Shown in pieces: positions 12,733 through 24,900 of a DNA stretch of 64,000 nucleotides. The stretch comes from Mobula birostris (taxonomy: Eukaryota): positions 87,997,921-88,061,920 of the forward strand of contig NC_092383.1 in the NCBI RefSeq assembly GCF_030028105.1, written 5' to 3'. Made by a program: the position numbers and the translations under genes. How positions within the stretch are numbered: position 1 is the stretch's first letter; every line of letters begins with the position of its first letter. The notes under the pieces are model-generated. The model worked only from the letters and a program-made list of their open reading frames with translations. It did not search any database and was not told the DNA's origin.

Positions 12733-13379
12733 GTAAGGCTTAGGCTTAAGTCAGGGTACCAGCTGGACTGTCGTCCCATAATGAATGCATTGATCATGAT
12801 GTAACCTTCACTTCCCAAAGTGTTATCAGAGAAGACAGAAGAGACAACAGATTCCAGACACTGAAACAAGACATGAAACACGGGAAGAACTGAGGAGGCC
12901 ACTTAGCAACTGTAGATGTGAAAGGTGCAAGTCAGATTGACCCTGCATCAGGAATGAGAGAGAAGTGGAAGGTTTGTTGATACAGAAATTAGTAAATTGG
13001 TTACACTGAACACAATATGCTGAAGGAACTCAGCAGCTCAGGTAGTCCAGCCTGACAGCGAAGGGGTCATTGGATAGGTTGTGCCAGTTACCGAAGAGCA
13101 TGATCTCGCTCTTCCTGTGGTTCAATCTAACCCAGGATGCCAAATCAGAGCAGTTACAGATGCTGATCAATCTGCGAGCTGACTGGGGATCTAAGCAGAT
13201 GATTGCAGCTTTGTCCAGTTACAGGGAGATTTTGAAATGTGTGTCCGAACTGCCTGGCAATGTCACCCCTCTTCCTGCTCTCATCCTTCCTGATGGATTT
13301 GGCACAGGGTTGTATACAGCATGTAAACAAGGGAAGAGAGAGTGGAAACAATTTCTGACTCCGGTCTTCCGTAAGACTA

Positions 13380-14920
13380 TCAGACACAGGAGCAAAATTA
13401 GAACATTTTGCTTTTTTATATAAAGTTTGTTTTAGATGTTTAACATTTGTCTTCTACGTAGTGTGTCAGTAGAAAAGAGCAAGTTTAAATTTCCCAACAT
13501 ACATTCTCCCAAAAAAAATTAAATGTTACAGAGAAATTTTTGGATTTTGTTAAAGAAAGTAACATATTAAGTATTGGGCGACTTTTCAAATAAAACTTGA
13601 TTACTTTGTAGGCATATAGTCTAGTGCATGATTAAACAAAGATGACAAACAGGTGCTAATGATCAATAACATAATGAGTTGAATGAACAAAACTGATCAG
13701 CTGAAACAGCAATGGGTGTAGAAGGAATCAAACTGGGCAAAGGACAAACAAACTAAAAGGTGAGTGTGTGGTAGATGTGGCAGTTTAAGCTTCAAATCAT
13801 CAATTCTTACACCATGGCAAGAGTGAGCATAGCATCAAGACACAGTGCAATATCTTCCATCACTAAGGTTTCTCTCAAGCAGAAAGTTCATGGCAGATGG
13901 AAGTTTCAAGAAGTGTTGTCCAAGTCTTCTGAAGATGCACAAAGAAACAAGCAAGGCTGAGGACCAGAAATGAAGTGGTCAGCTACGGAATCTGAGTGCA
14001 GCAGATGTGAGATACATCAAACTGACATCCATTCAAAACTGGAAGAAGTCCAGCACTGCTATCAGCTCTAAACTTGCAGAATCAACTGGAACCCAAGTAC
14101 ACCCCTCTATAGTCCGGGGTAATATTGTCAGGTGGTCTTCATGGAAGAGTTGCTGCCAAAAAGCTATTCCTCCACTTTGGAAACAAAGCCAAGAGAGTCG
14201 CCCATGGACATAGAAACTCATAGACTGGGGTGCTGAACACTGGCAGCCAGTGCTCTGGACTGATGATCAAAATTTGAAACTTTTGACTCAGACAGGAGGC
14301 AGTTTGTCTGTAGAAGAGCTAGAGAATGCTACATGGATGAGTGTTTGCAGTCAACAGTGGCATGGCAGGGGTTCCCTGCAGGATTGCAGCTACATTTCTG
14401 CAAATAGATTTGATGGTCTGATCAGAATTACTGGAATCTTCAATGTTGAGAAGCACAAGCAAATTCTCATCCATCAGGGAGTTGTCTGATCAGTCCCAAC
14501 ATCTGCAACACGCCAATGACCCCAAACACACGGCCAAGATCATAAAGAACTTTCTCCAGCAAAAAATAAGAACAAGGAGTTCTGCAATTGATGGTATGGC
14601 CTCCAAAGAGCCATGATCTTGAGGCTGTCTGGGATTACCTGGAGAGACAGAAGCAACTGAAACAGCCAAAGTCTTTCAGAAGAACTGTAGCAAGTTCTCC
14701 AAGATCCTTGGAAGAACCCACTAATCGATTTCCTTATAAAGTTGCATGACCGTGCCTATAAGAGAACTGATGCAGCTTTAAAGGCAAGGTGTGGTCACAC
14801 CAAATATTGATTTAATTTCACTTTTTGTAATTTTTTTGGTATTTATAATATTTTCATTTCATTAATTTTTTTAGTATCTTTGCTTTACAGGATTTTTTTA
14901 CATGTGCCCAAGACTGTACA
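13380..14920 (+). mobile_element. Decayed Tc1-like DNA transposon
   Basis: Fragmented transposase (RYIKLTSIQNWKKSSTAISSKLAESTGTQVHPSIV; VLWTDD; QHANDPKHTAK-like; WDYLE). The terminus is ...catgtgcccaagactgtaca. Confidence 0.7.
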
Positions 14921-16460
14921 TCATAGAGTCATAGAGAAATACAGCACAGAAACAGGTCCTTTGCTCCATCTAGATGATGACAAAACCATTTAATCTGCCT
15001 ACTTCCATCAATCTGCACCGGGACCATAGCCCTCCATATCCCTACTATCCATGCACCTATTCAAACTTCTCTTTAGTATTGAAATCACCTGAACTACTTG
15101 TGCTGGCAGCTCATTCCACACTCTCATGACTCTCTGAGTGAAGAAGATTCCCCTCATGATCCCCTTAATGTTCTCACCTTTTACACTTAACCATGGTTGT
15201 AGTCCCACCCAACCTCAGTGGAAGGAGCTTGCTTGCATTTACCCCATCCATACCCCTCCTAATTTTGTGTACCCTTATCAAATCTCCTCTCAATCTTCTA
15301 CATTCTTTAAAAAATACAGTGCGAACCTATTCAATCTTCCCTTATAACTCAGGTCCTCCAGACCCAGCAATATCCTTGTGAATTTTCTCTGCACTCTTTC
15401 CAACCTTGTTTACAATTTTCCTATAGGTAGATGACCAAAACTGTACACAATACTCCAAATTAGGCCTCACCAAAATCTTATACAACTTCAACATAACATC
15501 CCATGTTGGGGACTCAATACTTTGATTTCTGAAGGCCAAAGTGTCAAGAGCTTTCTTTATGGTCCTATCTGACTGTGACACCACTTTCAATGAATCATGA
15601 ACTTGTATTCCCAGATCACTTTGTCCACCACACTCCTCAATACCCTACCATTCTAGATCGGTCCCAGCATGCCGAGCGATGGACCACCTTCACCAGCTTC
15701 TCACGCAGGACCTTAACAAATGCCTTACTAAAGTCCACGTAGATAACATCCGCTGACTCGTCTTCATCCACTTTCCTGTTATCTTCCTCAAAAAATTCCG
15801 TAAGATTGGTTAGACATGACCTACCACGCACTAAGCCATGCTGACTATCATTAACCAGTCCATATCTATACAAATACTTATATATCTGGTCTCTGAGAAT
15901 ACCTTCCAATAACTTTCCCACAACTGACGACAGGCACACCAGCCTATAATTTACAGGTTTCTGTTTAAAGCCTTTTTTAAACAGTGAAACAATATTGGCT
16001 GTCCCACAATCGTACAGTAACTCTCCTGTCACTAAAGATGTTTTAAGTATCTCTGCTGGGGCCCTTGCAATTTCTGCACTTCCCTCCCACAGGGTCTGAG
16101 GGAACACTTAGTCAGGCTGTAGAGAAAAATCCACCCTGATTTGACAAAGAGTAGCAAACACCTCCTCCTCTGTAATCTGTACAGGGTTTATGAAGCTGAT
16201 CCTGCTTTGCCTCACTTCTATAAACTCTATATCTGTCTCCCAAGAAAATACAGGTGCAAATACATTTAAAATCTTCCCCATCTGTTTTGGCTCCACACGT
16301 GGATTAACATTCTGGTCTTCCAGAGGACCAATTCTGTCCCTTGCAATTCTTTTGCTCTTAGCATACCTGTAGATTCCCTTACGATTCTCCTTCAGCTTGT
16401 CTGCTGGAGCAATTCCATGCTTTCTTTTAGCCTTCGTAACTTTTTGCATTATCTCTTAGG
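14920..16460 (-). mobile_element. CR1-type LINE fragment (RT region)
   Basis: ORFs 15342..16449 have YRLVCLSSVVGKLLE, QHGLVRGRSCLTNL and YVDFSKAF. Confidence 0.85.
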
Positions 16461-16610
16461 CTTGGCAAGGCCTGTTCTACTGGGGTCCCTCCCATCCATG
16501 GTCAGTAGTCCTCCCACACAGCCCCAGCTAACTGTAGCACCGAAGGTTCTGTCAGCATGATTCCCACTACATTAGACCTCTCATTTCTTCCTTTTCTCAT
16601 TTACCAGCAG

Positions 16611-16922
16611 GTTCATGGACAACAGACAATATCACGGTGAAGGGTGTGATGCAAAATGCCACCAGCCTACACTGCCACTATGAGCAGCGATTTAAATCAC
16701 ACAAGAAATTCTTGTGTAAAGTAATCTCTGTAAATAGGTGCAGTGTGATAGCTAGCACTGGATACATCAGCAGAAACCCAGCAATCATCGTAAACACTTC
16801 CACTGAATTTGCTGTCACTATAAAGCAGACCAACGAAGGAGATAAAGGAGAGTACTGGTGTGGAGCAACAAACACGTTTAACTTTGAGATTGTGCAGATT
16901 AAAATGCTGGAGATTTCTGAAG
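16611..16922 (+). CDS. CD300/pIgR-like receptor, exon 3 (Ig V domain 2)
   Basis: tttctcatttaccagcag acceptor (NAGNAG) and G|gtacga donor, phase 1-1. Motifs SLHCHY, KFLCKVISVNRC and DKGEYWCG are present, with N-glycosylation sequons NIT, NAT and NTS. Confidence 0.92.
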
Positions 16923-18816
16923 GTACGAATCAACCTAAAATTTCTGTGATTTGGTGCTTACGAACATGCAAATTTTCAGTCTTTACAGACTTTCTACTCC
17001 ATAGAGGGATGCCACTTTGGAACAGAGATGAGGAGTAGTTTCTTTAGCTAGTTGGAATACTTTCTCTCGGATGACTGTGGAGACCAAATCACTGGGTATA
17101 TTTAAAGTGGAGGTTCTTGGTTGTCAAAGGTAATGGGGAGAAAGCAGGAGTATGGTGTTGGGAAGGGTAATAATCGTGATAGCATGGTGGAGAAGACTTG
17201 ATGGGCCAAATGGTGTAATTGTGTTCCTATAATCTCACTGTCTAATATCTTCCTCCATTCTATTTCTACCCACCTTCCTTCTCCTCATACTTCTCGGTTT
17301 TCCCTATTTTGTGTCCAGACTGCTCACCACTTTTTGGTTAAATTCTATCTTCTTCCTCATCTTCACACACAAGATGCTGAAGGAACTCAGCAGGTCAGGC
17401 AGCAGCTGTGGACAGGAAGAAAGTGTCAACTTTTCCAGCCAAGTTGCTTCATTGGGACTGGTGAAGGGTATTAGCATGAAACATGAACTGTTTATTTCCC
17501 TCCAGAGAGGGATCCGCTGAGATCCTCCAGTTTGTGTTCATTACTAATTATTTCCAGCATCTGCAGAATCTTTTTTGTCTTCTTATTGATCTTTGCTTAT
17601 GAAATTCCATACTGATTCTTTCACTTGCATCTAGACTCTTGAGATTGACATTGGTTTATTATCGGTATTGGTATTGTCATGTGTGCCAAGAGACAGTGAA
17701 AAACATAGTTTATGCACGATCCAGGCAGATCATTCCAAACATAAGCACATCAAGGCTGTAAAAGAAATCAGAACATAGTATTAGTCACAAAGGAAATGTA
17801 GTCAAGACAAATTACAAGGGCCATGATGAGGTAGATTGAGAGATCAAGTGTTCATCATTTAGTGTACAGGAGGTCTGCTCAAGGGTTTGATAATAGCAGA
17901 ATAAAAACTGTCCTTGAGCCTGGTAGTACATGCTCAGAACCTGTTACATCTTCTGCCTGATGGGAGAGGAGAGAAGCAAGAATGACCAGGGATGGAAGGG
18001 TCAGAGATTATGTTGGCCGCTTCGTGGCTGAAGGGCCTGTACTGTGCTGTACTGTTTGATGGTCTACATTCGATGAACTTCATCAGTTGGGAGCAGCACA
18101 ATGGTGCGACTCGTCAGCTGTGAACTCACAGCTCCATCAACCTGGATTTAATCCTGATCTCTGGTGCTTTCTGTGTGGAGCTTTCCTTGCCTTTGCCTTA
18201 TTTTCTTCAATTGGTCTGGTTTCCTCCTGCATCCCAAAGCCTTAGGGGAAGGTGGAAGTTTAACTGGCTGTTGTAAAATTCCCCTTGTAAGAATTTAGAA
18301 TGAATTGATGGAAAAGAGAGGGAGAATTAAATAGGACCTGACTGCATGCTGAAGGGTCTGTTTCCGTGTTGTATCACTCCTTGCTTCTTGATCTAGGTAA
18401 GTTGACTTAAGGAGCTAAGAAGCAGAAATAATAAGCGATTCAGAGTTTCACACCTGCTCCAGCACAAAATAATATTGCTGTTGATGTTGCGCGTTTCTGA
18501 CCTGCTTTATGTGCTGCTTGTTTGCTTGTTGTGTCCTGTGTTGTTCTGCTGAACATTGGGGGTGTCATGTACTGGAGCCAGAATGTGTGGCAACACTTGT
18601 GGGCTGGCTCTCAGCACATCCTGCAGGGTGCTGCTTGTTAATGTAAACGATGCATTTCACTGTCTGTTTCGATGCACAGCATATGCAGTAAATAGATCTG
18701 AATGTTCTGCTGCTCCACCACAATGCCAACCTATAGGTTGACAAAGATTAAAGTTATTTTGTGCTGTAATTGATTATCATTTGGTTTAACGTGTTTATTT
18801 TAACATCTCACCCCAG

Positions 18817-18847
18817 AAACACCAGAAGATTTTAAAGACAACAAAAG
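18817..18847 (+). CDS. Receptor exon 4, short stalk (ETPEDFKDNK)
   Basis: ...catctcaccccag acceptor and AG|gtgaga donor. Phase 1 to phase 2 links V2 in frame to either TM exon. Confidence 0.75.
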
Positions 18848-19681
18848 GTGAGATTTCAACTGTCATCTTCAAATTAATAACTATTGACTGATTAAGATCA
18901 CAGTTTGATAATTCTGCTGTAATACAAGTGTCTCTAATCGGCATCATACATTTCATTTAATTTGATCAACATAAAGGTTAGAGGAAAATAATATGTCAGT
19001 TGGAGATATCATAGTATCAGAGATTAATATGGCATGGAAACCTGCCCTTCAACTCAAATATCCCGTGCAGACTAAGATTCCTCTCTTAGCTCACCATCAC
19101 AATTATGCCACAGGACGTCAGGTATTGGGAGCAGCACAATGGGGCAGCTCGGACAGTTGTGGACTTACAGCTCCACCAACCTGGATCTACTCCTGATCTT
19201 CATTGCTTTCTGTGTGGAGTCTTCCTTGTCTTCACCTGATGTGCTCCGGTTGCTTCCCACCTCCTGAAGACCTACGAGTTGGTGGAAGGCTGATTGGCTC
19301 TTGTAGATTTCCCCTTGTCTGAGGATGCTTATCCCCTGCTCTACTCACTTTTCACTTATGAGAGCTTGGCTAGGTAAGGCTCTCTTACCATTTATAAGCT
19401 TACAAACCTCACAACTGGTTGTTGGCCGGATCAAAAGTGATGACGAATTGGTTTATAGAAGGGTGACTGAAAATCTGGTTGAGTGGTGCCAGGGCAACAA
19501 TCTCTCACTCAACCTCAGGAAACCAAAGAGCTGATTATCAGCAGCAGCAGGAAGAAGCCAAAAGTCTGTGAGTACTTTCAGTTGCAGATATGATGGACAA
19601 ATGGCAGATGGAGTTTAACCCGGACAACTGTGAAATGTTGCCCCTTGTTGGTCAAATGTAAAGGAGAGGAGTGCAGTAGCG

Positions 19682-20345
19682 ATAGGGAATTCCATCGTCA
19701 GAGGAGCACACAGGATGTTCCGCAGACATAAAAAAAAGTCACCCAGATGGATTGTGCCTCCCAGTGCCAGGGTCAGGGATGTCTCTGATCAGACCCACTA
19801 TATTCTAAATGGGGAAGTTGTGGTACCAATGCAATAGGGAGGAAAGGGGAGGAGGTCCTGAAGAGAGAATATAGGGGGTTACTATGCCAGTTGGGAACTC
19901 AAGACATAAAAAAGACACCCAGATGGATTCTGCATTCCTGTTGCCAGGGTCCGGGATGCCTCAGATTGGGCCCACAATATTCTAAATGGAGAGGGTGAGC
20001 CGCCAGAAGTTGTGGTACGTATCGGTACCAATGACATAGGGAGGAAAAGGGAGGAGGTCCTGTGGAGAGAATATAGGGGGTTAGGTAGACAGGTGAAAAG
20101 CATGACCTCCAGGGTAGTAATCTCTAGATTGCTGCCTGCGCCACAAGCCTGTTAGGGTAAGAATAGAAAGATTTGACAGGTGAATGAGCGGCTCAGGAAG
20201 TGGTGCAGGAGGCAGGTTTATAGATTTGTTGGAACAGTGGGATTCCTCTGAGGAACGGTATGACCTGTACAGAAAGGATTGGTTTCACCCGAACTCAGCG
20301 GGGACTAATATCCTTGCAGGCATGTTTGCTACAACTGTTGGGAAG
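19682..20345 (+). mobile_element. CR1 ORF1 fragment (SGNH esterase-like domain) with an internal ~170-bp tandem duplication
   Basis: It translates to VVVRIGTNDIGRKREEVLWREYRGLG and DLYRKDWFHPNSAGTNILAG. The segment ~19730-19885 is repeated at ~19905-20080. Confidence 0.65.
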
Positions 20346-21607
20346 GATTTAATCTATCTTGCCAGTGGGAATGTGAACTGGAATGATAGAGCTGAAGATG
20401 GGGCATTGGCTATACAAGTAGATGCAATGTGTAGTGAGATTTAAGGAAAAACAGACATAATGAGGGCAAAGTTGCAGTGACTCTGATGTGTTCAAGTATA
20501 ACATGGGAACAAAATAGAAAAGGGTAATGAGTACAGGACCCTGAGTTGAATCCATAGTTGAAGATCATTAGGATGAAGGCCACACATGCAGGTAACATAA
20601 ATGGAGTTCTGTTACTGAAACAAACCTTGAAACGTTTTGCTCGTCAATCATTTTATCAGCATTATGTCTCAAATGTTACCTTATTTATTTACTGGATTTA
20701 AGCATCAAGGACAAGGCCAGCATTTGGCACACAGCTCCTAATTTCCCATTCTGAATGAGGAGTTTGGAAGACTCACTGGTGAATGTGTCTGGCTCCAACT
20801 GGTGATCACCCTCTCAGGCCTGGAAAACTTCAATGGCTGTAGCTCACGCAGAGAGCAATCTCCCACAATAATGAAATGTTGGGCATTCCCACCATTCTGA
20901 TCTGGTGATAATGACTGAACAACACTGTGTGTCCTTCAAGGGATTTGGGAGTAGCTCTGTTGTCATGCATCTACTGCCCTTGTCCCTCTAGGCCACATGG
21001 ATTATATAGGAACTGCAGATGAAAGAATGAAAATGCAAACTGAAATACTGATGAACATCTGTAACTTGAATCCAATAGCATGGACTCCACTTGCAGATTT
21101 CTCTCCCCCTCTCTCCCCCCCCCCCCACTGGTTTGGAGCATATAACATTAATTTCACACACTTTCACTGGCAGTGCGACGGTTCCAAGATGTGGACATAA
21201 GTTGGAGAATCAGCACTCAACCATCAGACTGCTCGATACTCCGTGCCACAACACTACATCACATTGAACGATGATTTCATATGTAATGGCATTTCCCAGT
21301 GTCCGTTACAGAATTCTCTGTGCGTTGTTAATTAAATTTCCTTTGTCCATCAGTGACCATGAGCTGAAAATTCACCGGGTATCGACTCTGATCCAATGGA
21401 TACTCTTCAGCGGTCTGGCTCTTTCAACTGTTTCAATAAAATGCATTTCTCAATGTCACTTGCTGATAATATGCATTTTGATAAATTGCATTTAATAATA
21501 TGCATTTCTCAGTGTCACCGATAATGTACACCTAGATAAAATGTAGTTCTCAGTGTCATTTATTGACTATTTTGTGTGTAACTAATGATATCTTCTTGAT
21601 CTGTTAG

Positions 21608-21719
21608 GAACTATGAGTTGATCATTCAAAAATTTTGGACTCTGACCCGTTGGATACTCCTTGGAGCTCTATTTCTTTGCACTGTTTTGATACATTGCAT
21701 GACAGCTTTCCAAAGGTAG
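21608..21719 (+). CDS. Receptor TM exon 1 (NYELIIQKFWTLTRWILLGALFLCTVLIHCMTAFQR*), Arg-containing TM with minimal tail
   Basis: tcttcttgatctgttag acceptor in phase 2, then a hydrophobic helix. TAG at 21717-21719 overlaps a possible AG|gtagat donor at 21716. Exons 1-5 total 807 nt = 268 aa plus stop. Confidence 0.8.
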
Positions 21720-21762
21720 ATTTTTTTTCCAATCTTTTCACTTCCATGCCGTGTGATTCACA

Positions 21763-21768
21763 ATTAAA
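21763..21768 (+). terminator. Candidate proximal polyadenylation signal ATTAAA
   Basis: ATTAAA lies 44 nt after the TM1 stop codon. This is a motif only, with no 3'-end data. Confidence 0.4.
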
Positions 21769-21979
21769 AGTGGAAGCTCAATTTTAGTCCAGGTTAATTC
21801 ATTCAAAATCTCTCCTAAGTGTCTGTAACTGCAAACCAATGAGTTGAGTGAAATAACAGAGGAGAAACACATGGTTAAATGGCCAAAATATGGCTGAAAG
21901 TGTCATTCGAAGGACACAAATTAGATAATATACAATTTAAGTTAACATTCCCTTGCAACGACACTTCACATATTATAAG

Positions 21980-24900
21980 ACATAGGAGCAGAATTAGGAC
22001 GTCTGGCCTATCGAGCCTGCTCAGCCGCTCAATCGTGGCTGATCAGTTTTTTCTCTCCTCCTCAAACCCAGTTCCCAACCTTCTCCCCGTAACCTTTGAT
22101 GCTATGTCCAATCAAGAACCTATCAATCTCTGCCTTAAATACACCCAATGATCTGGCCTCCACAGCAGCATGTGACAACAAATTCCACAAGTTCACCTCC
22201 ATCCAGCTAGAGAAATATCTCCACATCTCTGTTTTGAAAGGGCACCCCTCTATCCTGAGGCTGTGCCCACTTCTCCTAGACTCTCCCACCATGGGAAACA
22301 TCCTTCCCACACCTACTCTGTAGGCTTTTCAACATTCAAAAGGTTTCAATGAGATTCCCCCCTCATCCCTCTGAATTCCAGCGAGTACAGACCCAGAGCC
22401 ATCAAACGTTCCCCGTATGATAACCCTTTCATTCCTGGAAGCATCCTTGTGAACCTCCTCTGGACCCTCTCTGATGCCAGCACATTTTTTCTAGGATGAG
22501 GGGACCAGACTGTTCATAAAACTCAAGGTGCTGCCTCACCAGCGCCTTGTAAAGCTTCAGCATCACATCCTTGCTTCTGTATTCTAGACTTCTTGAAATG
22601 AACGTTAACATGGCATTTGCCTTCCTCACCACCAATTAGACCTGCAAGTTAACCCTTAGAGTGTTCTGCACAAGGACTCCCAAGTCCCTTTGCTTGCCAG
22701 ATTTTTGGACTTTCTCTCCATTCAGAAAATGGTCCTTACATTTATTTCAACTACCAAAGTGCATGACCATGCATTTTCCAAACATTGTATTTCATTTGCC
22801 ACTTCCTTGCCCATTCTCCTAATCTGTCTAAGTCCTTCTGCATCCTACCTGTTTCTTCAATGTTACCTGCCCCTCCACCAATCTTCATATCATCTGCAAT
22901 ATTCTCACCATGTTTGTAACTTTCCGGTAATACCATAGCTTCTTAACTTGGTAAGTAGCCTCATGTGTGGCACCCTGCCAAAGGCCTTCTGAAAGTCCAA
23001 ACGTACAACATCCACTGCATCCCCTTTATCTATTCTACTTGTAACCTCATCAACGAATTCCAATGGGTTTGCTAGGCAAGATTTCCCTGAAGGAAACCAT
23101 AAGACCATAAGATATAGGAGTAGAAATAGGCCATTCGGCCCATTGAGTCTGCTCTGCCATTCAATCATGGCCTGATCGAATTCTTCCAGTCATCCCCACT
23201 CCCCTGCCTTCACCCCATACCCACTGATGCCCTGGCTAATCAGGAACCTATCTATCTCTGCCTTAAATGCACCCAATGACTTGGACTCCACAGTCGCTCG
23301 TGGCAACAAATTCCATAGATTTATCCTCTGACTAAAGTAATTTCTCCGCATCTCTGTTCAAAGTGAACGTACTTCAATCCTGAAGTCGAGCCCGCTTGTC
23401 TTAGAATCCCCTACCATGGCAAATAACTTTGCCATATTTAATCTGTTCAGACCTTTTAACATTTGGAATGTTTCTGAGATCCCCCCCTCATTTTCCTGAA
23501 CTCCAGGGAATACAGCCCGAGAGCTGCCAGACATTGTTCACACAGTAACCCTTTCATTCCTGGAATCATTCTTGTGAATCTTCTCTGAACCCTCTCCAAT
23601 GTCAGTATATCCTTTTTAAAATAAGGAGCCCAATACTCCAAGTGTGGTCTCATGAGTGCCCTATAGAACCTCAACATCATGTCCCTGCTCTTATATTCTA
23701 TACCTCTAGAAATGAATGCCAACATTGCAGTTTCCTTCTTCACAACTGATACAACCTGGAGCATAACCTTTACGGTATCCTGCACAAGAACTCCCAAGTC
23801 CCTTTGCATCTCTGCATTTTGAATTCTCTCCCCATCTCAATAATAGTCTGCCCGTTTACTTCTTCCACCAAAGTGCATGACCATACACTTTCCAACATTG
23901 TATTTCATTTGCCACTTCTTTGCCCATTCCCCTAAACTATCTAAGTCTCTCTGTTTCCCCAACACTACCCACTCCTCCACCTATCTTTGTATCATCAGCA
24001 AATTTAGGCACAAATCCATTAATCCCATAGTCCAACTCATTGACATACATCGTAAAAAGCAGCAGTCCCAACAACCACCCCGTGGAACTCCACTGGTAAC
24101 CGGCAGCCAGCCAGAATACGATCCCTTTATTCCCACTCTCTCTTTTCTGCCAACCACCCATGCTAGTAACTTCCCTGTAGCTCCATGGGCTCTTATCTTG
24201 CTAAGCAGCCTCATGTGCGGCACCTTGCCAAAGGCCTTCTGAAAATCCAAGTACACCACGTCTACCCTGTTTGTAATTTCCTCAAAGAATTACAGTAGGT
24301 TTGTCAAGCAGGATTTTCATTTCAGGAAACCATGCTGGCTTTGGCACATCTTGTCCTATTCCTCCAGGTACTCTGTAATCTCATCTCTAACAATTGATTC
24401 CAACAAGTTCCCAACCACTGATGTCAGGCTAACAGGTCTATAGTTTCCTTTCTGCTACCTCCCACCCTTATTAAATAGCAAAGTAATATTTGCAATTTTC
24501 CAGTTAACCAGTACAATGCCAGAATCTATTGATTTTTGAAAGATCAATTGTATCAAAAGTACCAATTGTTTGGCAACAATAAGGTATAAAGTATCTCAAA
24601 ATATCATCGTTAATGCCTCTGCAATCTCTCCAGCTACTTCCTTCAGAACCCATAGGTGCATTCCATCAGGTCCAGGAGATTTATCCACCTTCAGACCATT
24701 AAGGTTCCTAAGCACCTTCTCAATCGTAATTTTCATTGCACAAACTTCACTTCCCTGACACTCTTGAATGTCTGGTATATTGCAGAGGTCTTCCACTGTG
24801 AAGTCTGATGCAAAATGCTCATTCAGTTCCTCTGCCATCTCTACATCTCTCATTACAATATCTCCAGCATCATTTTGTATTGGTCCTATATCTACCCTCG

